NCBI GenBank assembly: GCA_951406725.2
Contig: OX597815.1
Span: 133,362,001 to 133,426,000 of the forward strand
Source of the DNA: Octopus vulgaris
Lineage: Eukaryota
Direction: 5' to 3'
DNA length: 64,000 bases
Positions within the stretch are counted from its first letter, which is position 1. Each line of letters opens with the position of its first letter. Below are positions 54,078 to 64,000 of this stretch, in pieces. The notes under the pieces are model-generated. The model ran no database searches. It worked only from the letters and a program-made list of their open reading frames with translations, and had not been told where the DNA came from. Made by a program: the position numbers and the translations under genes.

Positions 54078-54254
54078 CTAGAAATATCAGCAGACATTTT
54101 TTAATGGTCAACCAAAATTATTTTAAAACAATGATTTTTGTATTTACAGAAAATCAAAATAATAAAATGAAATGTTTTTGAAAAAATTGTATATAATTAA
54201 ACATTTTGGGAATAGTAAAATGTCACAAGCATTCTGATAAAAAAGTATAAAGAC

Positions 54255-54368
54255 AAGAATCTTGAAAGTAACGTATACTAATGCAAGCATTTTGGAATCA
54301 ATGTATACTAGTATATGAATTTTGGGATCAATGTAGATTAGCACAAGGATTTTGGAATCAATGTATAC
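54255..54368. repeat. 30-bp minisatellite, ~4 imperfect copies, in an LSD1 intron
   Basis: ATTTTGGAATCAATGTATAC recurs at 30-nt spacing (~54290, 54320, 54350). Confidence 0.85.
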
Positions 54369-54448
54369 AGATATCAGTAGCAGCAGCAATGAGTCAATAC
54401 TGTTATATTTAACACTCAAGTTGATAAGAGTTTCAAACTTCACAATAC

Positions 54449-54522
54449 CTTGGTGGAGATGATTCAAGTTCTTGTAATTTTTCATCAATTTCTTTCTGTT
54501 GTTCAATAAGAACATCATATTC
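54449..54522 (-). CDS. KDM1A: LSD1/KDM1A exon
   Basis: EYDVLIEQQKEIDEKLQELESSPP. Confidence 0.95.
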
Positions 54523-55084
54523 CTGCAACAATAATTAATTTAAGATAAAATACTACAAAACCAGAAATCTACCCATAGTAACATTAACAGGTGCCAAACT
54601 TTTATTTAGTAGACACAGCAGGTATAGCTGTGTATTACAACCTTCAATTTGCAATCTCACGTGTTCCTTGGGCAAGTGTTTTCCACCATAGCTTTAGGTT
54701 GACCAATAAGCGGAGTTTGGTAAATGCACACTGTTGTATACATATATGTAACTCATTTTCAGTGAAAGGTATAAATATTAGCAAGAAACTGAAAAACTCT
54801 AGCTTTCAAATAATAAATTGGTGGTAATTGTCCAACCCAAGTTGTACAAATAATCCCCTCTAATTACAAACACTACTATGAGTGTAATAAATCAGAGAAT
54901 GACACATTGGAAACCTGTAACCAATGATGCTATTTATCTTTTACTTGTTTCAGACATGGGGCTGCAGCCATGCTAGGGCACCACCTTGAAGGGTTTCAGA
55001 CAGACAAATCAGTCCCATTACTTATTTTTAAGTTTGGTACTTATTCTATGAGTCTCTTTCGCTGAAGTGCTAAGTGATAGAGAC

Positions 55085-55313
55085 TTAACCCTTTCGTTAC
55101 CAACCCGGCTGAAACCGGCTCTGGTTTTGTAGTACAAATGTCTTGTTTTCATAAGTTTTGAATTAAAATCTTCCACCAAACCTTAGTCACAATTTATGTT
55201 TCTAATACTAGCTTAATGATAACTATGCTATTTTACTGATGTCTTTGTTATATTTCAAGTAATTAAAACAAACACAGAGCATCTCAAAATAAATACGGTA
55301 ACAAAAGGCTTAA
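55085..55313. mobile_element. TTAA MITE inserted into a minus-strand SINE (~54935-55500)
   Basis: TTAACCCTTTCGTTAC...GTAACAAAAGGCTTAA; SINE sequence resumes on both sides. Confidence 0.85.
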
Positions 55314-56379
55314 ACAAACCAACACTAATTGTCAAGTAGTGGGAAGATGTGACAAACACATATTCACAAACAGGCTTCTACACAGTTTCTGTCTACCAAA
55401 TTTACTTACGAAGCATTAATCAGCTTGGGGTTATAACAGAAGACACTTGCCTAACCATGTGTTGCAAAGCAAGCTTTTCAACCACACAGCTATGTCCGTG
55501 CCTATGTTCACAAAATGAGATAAATTTTTTTTTAATCACACTTGTCAATTTTAATGATCATATAGCCAATCATTTCTGTTGATTTCAACCCTTTTTTTTA
55601 GCTCCATTCTTCTCTCAGTTTAGTTTTATTTTTATCCCATGCATGTTAAGAACCATGCTACTCAGTCATCATCATCGTTTAATATCTGACTTCTATGCTG
55701 TCATGATTGAATGGTTCAACAGAATCTAATGACCCAGAAGACTGCATCATGTTCCAATGTCTATTTTGGTATGATTTCTATGGCTGGATGCCCTTTCTAA
55801 TGCCAACCACTGTACAGAGTGTACCAGTTACTTTTTTTACCCTTTTTGGGGGGAGAATAGAAGAGACTATGGCTTAATTATTTTATCAAGCTTAAGAAAA
55901 CCAACCCAACAAATATGTTGACATTATATAACTGTCTACTTCCAGACAAGATTGAAGTATATAATTAAATGAGAATGTGTTTCCTAAAATGTATTGCATA
56001 AGACATAAATTAATAAAACTTATGCAAACAAACTTCTTTAACAACTGAACTAATTTATTTAATATTTTCATTTTATTAAATAAATTGCAGATTAAAAGTA
56101 AGAAAATTAAATACAACTGATATAATGTTACACCTTACAAACAGTAAAAAATACACAATTATTAATTGATTAAATATGAAATTATGGTAAAAAAAAAACC
56201 AAAGCAATTTCTTTCACTGACAATTAATGAAACTTTTAAAATCTTGTTAAGAAAAAATTTACTCTATCAACAAGTCTAACAGCCAAATATTACATTGTTA
56301 TGAAATAGAATCTTTACACGCTTTTTCTTTAAAAATTTTTATTTTAATCAAATTAACAGACACTCTAAAAATCACTTAC

Positions 56380-56514
56380 CTTGCAGACTGCATTGAGGTC
56401 TCGAAGTTTACTTTTTACAAGGAAGTCAGCAGTGATATCTCTTGGAGTCTTGGACTCAGAGGCTGTTTTCCATTGGCGATGCAGATCTTCAACTCTTTCT
56501 TTACATTCAACCAT
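56380..56514 (-). CDS. KDM1A: LSD1/KDM1A exon (Tower domain)
   Basis: [45 protein letters not shown]. Confidence 0.96.
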
Positions 56515-57249
56515 CTGAAAATATCAACATCAAAAATTTACAATAACAGCAAACTTGCAATAACCTCAATATTTCAAGTACATTGCAATTGAGGTTGTTG
56601 GTTACTGCAGGTCAACCCTAGTCAGTAGGTTTATGATCAAATATATTCCAGTTGTGACTACCTAGTCCTTTTTCCAGTCACAGTGTATCTAGGAGTACCT
56701 TATCTCAATGTGCCCTTCCTTTTCCAAAATAGTCTTAAGTCTTCTTTAAATTGTAGGCTATTAAATTTAGTAACAGTGTGTGAGCTCCCTTAACTTGTTT
56801 AGTTCATTATAATGGTAATATTATATGGAAAATAATATTTTCATAAAAGAGGTATCTTATATTAATCTAAAACTAAATATCAGCAGCATCTATATGGCTG
56901 AGTGGATAATACATTGGATTACAAGATCTTGCATGGTAGTCTGTATCTCCTTACAGATATCTACTTATGTCTTGCTATGGTGCGACACTTATTTGTATTA
57001 ACATAACAGAAAAACAGACTCTGAGAATTACATGCACCAAGTAACATTGGAATATAAGCCACAATTTACTTACCTTTCAGCTAATTCAATTTGTATGAAA
57101 CAAGAACTTTTTAATCAATATATTTTACAAATTCTTTTTAATTAATAATTCAATGATAAAATAGATTCAAGAATAAAAAAGGGTTCTACTATGAATATCT
57201 AAAATTTGGAAATGGAAAAAAAAAAAAAAATTTCACCAATAATAAAACA

Positions 57250-58880
57250 TTAATGTTTTTTCTGCACAAATTGTCTCCATTGAAGAAAACAGTTTTTGCA
57301 GCCCAGCTTGTTTTCTGTCAGCCATGCAATGTTTCAGCAACAAAACTTTTCCATTGCTCTCCACTACACTCCTACAATGCTCCCATCAGTTACCTTCTTC
57401 ACTAAAAAGTCAATTACTAGCAGAAAAACATAAATTGAGAGGATGCAGCATTGACAAACACTTGTGCTGATGTTGAACTTTTGACTATGGCTAGTATGTC
57501 TTGACACAGCAGCTAGAGTTCACATACAGATTCTTGAGGTTTTATTGGGGGATATCATATGCTTTGACAATCTCCCACAATGTTTTCTAATGGATGTTGT
57601 CAAAGACCTTTTTGAATCTAGGAAGTCGACTGACAAGGTTTGCCATAACTATATATTGTTCCACAATGTTTCTGAGCTTTACAAAATTGCTCAGTACAAG
57701 AGCAGCTGCAACAAAATCCTTCTTGTTCTTTTTGCATCAATGCCTTGTCAAATCTAGTTGTCAGCAATATAGAAAACTTTTCCTGATATGGAGAGCAACA
57801 TCATTCCCTGCCAGATGTTGCAGTCTACTAGGTTTCTCTTTTCTGGAAGTCTTACAATGAATGATTCCTTTTCTCCAATCAGCAAATATTTGCACCTGTC
57901 ATCAGCAGCTATTGTGCAGATAGTGATGTTACTGCATCAATGCCACCAGACTTCAAAAATTCAGTTGCCATTTGATTTTATCCAACAGCTTTTTTTTAGT
58001 ATTCCTCTATGCTTCTTGTATTTCCTCTTTTGATCACATCAGTTCTTACTTGCAGTTATTCAGTTAATGGTTCTGAGTTGAAATCAAATAGTGCAACTAG
58101 ATCTAGCTGGTTCAAAGTCTCTAGGAAGTGTTTCAACCATCTGACATTTTGTTCTTTTTTTATTAACAAAATTTTGCTAGACTTATCTTTTACGAGTAAA
58201 TGGCTGTTTTGGCTTTTTTTTAACCTAACTCGCTCAATGAACAAGCAAGAAAGATTAGGCTCAGAATCAGCTGTAAAAAGGCAGAGATGATGCAAACTAA
58301 TGCTGCAAGCTAACCCTCCACCTTCATCATACAACAGGTTGTGAAGACATGGATTTCTCTAACGTGAGATTAATAGTAGTAAAAGTATAAATTGATATGA
58401 AGAATAGAAGTGGCAAAGTAGAGGCTATATTCCATCATATGCATAAAATATGGGCAACAACAAGCATACCATGAAGGTCCAGTTATATAGTGCAATAATT
58501 AAGCCAGCAGTTTTGTATCGCAGTGGGACATGGAAAATGTCAGTGAGGGTCACCAAGAAGCTTGACACAGTCCATCAATGATGCCCAAGGAGACTTCTCA
58601 AAGACATCTTGAAAGATATAAGTACAAATGAGGAGATCCTGCAAATCAAATCCCAGCTGTTGTAAAATATTGCAGCACTGCATCAGTTACACCTGACAGA
58701 TCACATTTTGTGTCCAGCAGAAGGAAAACAGGAAAAGAGCCAGTCTAAGTACATCTGCCACCACACTTTCTAGGGATGCTTCAAGTGCACAAGGAGCAGT
58801 TGGACAGCAATAGAAAGAACTGTGGCACATTGAGCACAATGGAGAAACCTATGTCCCAAAATATGGGAGGACCTATGTCT
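57250..58880. mobile_element. Degraded RTE LINE with internal inversion
   Basis: Minus 57250-58370 gives LD.KK.FD.IH.KTLWEIVKAYDIP-like remnants; plus 58380-58880 gives KIW..KVQLYSAIIKPAVLY..GTWK. Confidence 0.6.
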
Positions 58881-58910
58881 AAGTGAAATAACAATAATAA
58901 ATAGAAATAC

Positions 58911-59001
58911 CAAAGTTTGATTTTTCCTGAGTTTTTCTTGCAGTTCAATGATATTTCGCTGGTGTTCACACTGCTTTTCCTTTACATGTTTCTCTTGTAA
59001 C
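58911..59001 (-). CDS. KDM1A: LSD1/KDM1A exon (Tower domain)
   Basis: LQEKHVKEKQCEHQRNIIELQEKLRKNQTL. Confidence 0.95.
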
Positions 59002-60876
59002 CTGTTAGAAAAAAATATTATGAACTGAAATACCATCTCAAACATTTTCTATTGTTTTATTAAGAATTTCCAAAACATGCTTTATCAAAACTGTTCTATT
59101 TACCCATGTACAAGTCACACTATTTTATGCTTGATTGTAACTGAAAAAAACAAGTGTGACTTACACATGGAGTAAAGTTGTTGGCCTTCTATGAAGCTCA
59201 AGTAAAACTCACTAGAATACTGCTCCTATATCTGAGACAATGGCATACCTACACACAAACATCCTTAACCTAATTATCATCCAAAAGTCAAATGATTGGT
59301 AAATATTCACTCACCAACAAATTTTAATTACTGGTTCCATCTCACAGTTTACTATCTTTCTGTCTCCACCTTATCAACTGCTACAAAACAATCTATTCAT
59401 CTAACTAGCTCACTGACTGATGTCTTCACCCAAGCTCATTTGCATCCTGTCATACCCAAAATTATAACAATCTAATTATTCTTCCTCAAAGCTGCAACCC
59501 TCTGAAATTACTTTTCCACACACATTTTTACTACAGATTTAGGAAGTCTGCAAAAATCATGAGCACTAACTCTCCTCTCTTAACTAGAAAATATATTTCT
59601 GGCACTTTGTATACAATATTAATTCAAGAGCCACTCACATAATGTCTTATCAAAGGTGCCCCTTAACATCTCATGACTGACAAGCATGTTCCATTTGAAT
59701 TTGATATCTAGTTCAACCTTTCAAGTTCTACATTAACTTTTGTAAAGAAGCCTCAAAAGCACCCAAGTAATAATATCATCAATATTTACAAACATGTATC
59801 CTGAAAATGTTAGTGAGCATTTTACAGCTAGCATGGAAGGAAGGAATCTGAATACAAGATTGGTGATTTGGCAAATGACCCAGAAGTACCTAAGGAGAAA
59901 CTGCAACAACTGACTAGTTCCATTCTCTCTATATCTCTCCTCAATGTGCAGAGCAAAGGATTTTGTTTCAAGTTTTGACAAGTACATAAAAATTTCTAAC
60001 TCTCATCTTCCTAAATATCTCAGTCTTTCATCAGTAAAGATGAAATCCTTTAGTGAACTGTACTACAATACAAATACTAATAAGCAGAACTGCTTTAATT
60101 CTTTACAAACAACTCTCAGCATAAAATATATCTTTCATTGCACACACTAGGATCCACCACTCAATGAACTATTTCCAAACACCAAATTTGATATTTCACA
60201 ACAATTACATCAAAGAGACCCAGCTTTCTCTTCACAATCAATAAATATATCAGTTTTTAACAAGCTCTGATAATCTACCAAGTTCAAAATATGTCCTACA
60301 GAATACTGTCCTCATTTCAGAAATGGTACATCTATTTTGATAATTGACAAACAAGTGTTCACATAGACAAAGACCCTCTATTGAATTGAGAAAATCATAC
60401 ACTACCTGAGCCATCAATTTCCCAATCTTTTTTACTGATAAGTGTAATGGACTTCACTCAAACTGACCCACTGCATTTGCCTCTCTACTTGTTTTTGTCA
60501 CTTATTCCTTACCACTCCCGTCTCTCTATGCAATTCCCAAACCATGTGTATTACACTTGCTATCTTTCATTGCATGAATTAGTGATCCATGCAATTGTCT
60601 CTCTACATTAGTCTAACCTACAAATTAACCGAGTCAAACATGTACACCTGGATCTTTCTACTCCATGAGGATCTAATTACTTTGAAGAGTAATGATCCCT
60701 TCTACATTTCACATAATCATTGGAGGAAAAAAAATATTCCTGACTTCAGTTAATTGTCTGAAATAATATATATATTGCAGGCAATAATACAAATACACTT
60801 CCTCCCCTGCATTTCAAACACTTAATTCAATAAATTATTCAATTAAAAATATTTGGAAAACAAATACAAGTCTTAC

Positions 60877-61019
60877 TTAATAACAGCCTCTAATGACTGG
60901 CCAAGTGATAGAGGTTTGCCATTGATGAAATTGCAGTCAAGTTGATGAGAGAGATAGGATGTAGCTTCTAACAAACGGTTAAATTCTCTTTCAACCATCT
61001 CATCTTTATCTTTAGGGAC
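60877..61019 (-). CDS. KDM1A: LSD1/KDM1A exon
   Basis: [47 protein letters not shown]; AG/GT boundaries, phases consistent. Confidence 0.97.
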
Positions 61020-63055
61020 CTGCAAAAGAAGCAATTGCACATGTAGGAGACAAACCAAGACAGTTAACTATAACAAAGGCTACACTCAAACCTATTATGT
61101 TACTAACTAACACATTTCTTTCAAATAACTAGTTGTTTTTAAAACCATAAAGTAGGTCCTAATTAAAAATAACTTCATATATTTCAATACTATGTTTAAT
61201 CAAATTATCTCAAAATGTTTACTAAATAGAAATTCCCTGTAGAAATTCAGTTCTTTTATCAATAAATACTGAATTCACTTAGTCTCTCAGATCCATATAA
61301 CAGAAACTATGATGGCCTCAGTTATAGTCAGTGAGGAAAAACAGGAAATATTCACTAAATGTGAAGTGGCAGTATTCATAATCATAATTTTAATAAGGGA
61401 TGACAGGGGCCGATACTCATGGCGGTTTGCTGTGCTTGAAAAGACACGTCAAGTTAAGTAAAAGCATGGTTGCCCTTGCATACAGATTCATCCCTTGCAA
61501 TCCTCTCCTGCTGAACATCTTTAACCTTGCAAGGCTCATAAGTGCTGGTGCCATGTAAAAAGCAGCCAGTACACTCTGTAAAGTGGTTAGTGTTAGGAAG
61601 GGCTTCCAGCTGTAGAAACCATGTCAAAATTGATAAGGTGCCTGAACAGCTCTTCAGCTGGTCAGCTCCTGTCAAACCGTCCAACCCATGCCAGCATGGA
61701 AAATGATGACATATCCATGTTAGCTTGTGTCAGACAAAATTTATTGAGACAAATTTTTTACAATATGCTCTTCCTGTTGCTCTCATCACTTTCCATGCAA
61801 GGTAATATTTCTCCTAACCTTCCAAAGACAAATAGACCAATAGCTGGATATATGTTTTCACATAAGATTGCAAACAAATGACACTGTTTTGTATGAATAG
61901 TGACTTTACACTCTGCATGTGATGTCAAGACAGGAGATATAGACACAAACACACACACTGGGCTTCTTTCAGTCTCTGCCAAGCAAGTTCACTCAAAAGG
62001 TTTTAGCTGGCTCAGGGCTGATATAAAAAAACAGTTGCCAATGGTGATGTGCAGTGCAACTGAACCTAAAATCATGTGCTAATCAAGGAAATTTGTTCAA
62101 AATATTTGGATACAAATCATATTTCATAAAATGCAAATTGTCAGTGAACACTTTTGATGTAAACTGACCAGAAATTGCTCTTGGCTCCATGATACAAACT
62201 TTTGCTTTAAAATGATCTAAATCAAACACTTCTTATCACACTTTGATGCTAATTTATGTTCCAAGAACTGACTTAATAATGACATGGTTATTCTACTAAA
62301 TTCTTCATTATATTCAAAATTTCATTAGAAATATGGTAACAAAAAGGTTAATCTACAGTACATACTTTGACAAAATTCACATTATATCTCAAATATGCAA
62401 TATGAATAATTTATAAACTGCTCATTAAGGTGATTCTAAATTACTGACTCATACAGATTTTATTGTATCAAATAAATTAGTAATTAAACTGGTAAATTTA
62501 AACTAATCTTAAGAATGAGTATAGAAAATTCAAAACTGTTGTACATTTTCTGTGGTATTAATAAAATATATGATCTGAAAGCTGGAAGAGTTAAGAATTT
62601 TAACAAATTTTTTTAAAAATTGGTTATAATCAGTATTTTCAATTTGACAAATTTGAAAGGCAAGATTTTCTGCAGTAAGAATTAAAGTTTTGCAAAAAAT
62701 TTTTTTTTTAAATCAGCTTAGTAATGGTTTCTGATTTGGGTACAAGGCCAGCAATTTTGAGAGGGGTGGGATTGACCACAGTACTTGACTGGCTGGTACT
62801 TTATTTTATCAACATCAAAAAGATGAAAGGCAAAATTGATCTTGGCAGGATACTAACCCAGAACGTAAAGAGCTGGAAGAAATAGCACAAAGCATTTTGT
62901 CCAAAACTCTAACAGTTCTGTCAATCCACGGTCCTTAGGTAATTAATAAGATGGAATCGACCAGATTAAAATATCAAAATATCATTTATACCACTTGAAC
63001 TTGAACAACAAAAGAAAGATACAAATCAAAAACTAAAATTGATATTTACACTTAC

Positions 63056-63150
63056 GGTAGCTCCATTACTTTCATACAGAGGGCACTTCTGTTTGATTTT
63101 ATGGAGCTCCATGTTTATTTGACGGCTACACACAGTGATAGGGTTCCCAC
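63056..63150 (-). CDS. KDM1A: LSD1/KDM1A exon (first visible in window)
   Basis: [32 protein letters not shown]; TTTCAG acceptor, GTAAGT donor. Confidence 0.96.
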
Positions 63151-64000
63151 CTGAAATAAAAGCAAATCAGTTTTTCAACTTTTACAAAGAATGGACAACA
63201 TTATTTGACTTACATGGATAAAAAGACTCATACACTACCTCATAACCTGTAAACTTGACGAAGAGCATCATTTTACGAGTGCTTCTCCATGTTAGCATAA
63301 GTCGAGTGGGTTGTCATAAACTGAGCCAGTTACTTGAAGATAATGCCTTTCTAGATGTATCTGGGATCAAGTATCACTCATATGTTCCTTTTTAAGCATA
63401 ATTTCTTTTGTTGTATACCTTTCTTATCCCCAACCACTTTACACAGCACAGTGAATGCATTTTATCATGACACTAACACTAGTGTTAGTGTCATGATAAA
63501 AAGTTTCACCATACCCTGCATGTTTATATGAAAAGTGAAATTAAAGTCTATTATTTCCCATTTCTACTGTATTTGTATTTTTTAAAAAACCTACTAATTG
63601 ATGTTCAAAAGAAAATGTTTTCTTTCATTCCAAAATGAAGGTAAGTTGAATGTAGAACATATTTTTTTTTTACTCTGGTTCAGTCTCTTTCACCACTCCT
63701 ATTGACACACAGGCAATCCAGACAACATTGATTTTCTTACTTCTAAACCAAGTTTTTACCAAACCATTACTGCTGCACAAAGGTGCAGCAGTAATGGTTT
63801 GAGAGAGCAGTGCAGGCCATCCAACTCCAACCTTATTTCAACTACCCACCACTTCCACATCTCTCAAACTCAATGACAGTTCTGCTCAATTGAGTTCCAC
63901 CACTTCTATGCTGTTTCTGACAGTACTTTCTGATCTAGGTTACATCAAATGAACTAGGCCACTAAACCCCTTCCATTAACCTCTGGTAAGCTCCAGACTA

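Noticed and set aside
54255-54368. CRISPR-like periodicity
   Set aside because: These are contiguous tandem units in a eukaryotic intron with no unique spacers or cas genes.
54144-54518. 124-aa ORF with VYIDSK repeats
   Set aside because: It is out of frame with the LSD1 exon and produced by the 30-bp intronic minisatellite.
62358-62400. Candidate LSD1 microexon with GTATGT donor
   Set aside because: The nearest acceptor is a weak GAG, and the 22-nt exon would shift the frame.

Overview
AT-rich, repeat-dense eukaryotic genomic DNA. The repeat families and gene architecture suggest an octopus or other cephalopod genome (inference). Two protein-coding genes lie tail-to-tail. One is a complete 4-exon akirin gene on + (CDS 21683-44355, 178 aa, ~20 kb first intron, C-terminus SYIS). 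The other is the last 11 coding exons of the histone demethylase LSD1/KDM1A on - (63150 to 48216; the 5' exons lie outside the window). Their ~2 kb repeat-free 3' regions meet near 46.4 kb. The rest is a patchwork of tRNA-derived SINEs, RTE/CR1 LINE relics, Tc1/mariner and Chapaev-like transposon relics, TTAA MITEs, non-autonomous Helitrons and microsatellites. The most striking signal is a set of minimal type-I hammerhead-ribozyme motifs. Two sit in a tRNA-headed repeat flanking a Penelope-like RT-thumb/GIY-YIG ORF, two sit in the arms of a 310-bp loopless palindrome, and further variant copies occur in small elements inserted at (TA)n tracts. All calls were made by eye, with no database search or folding computation.
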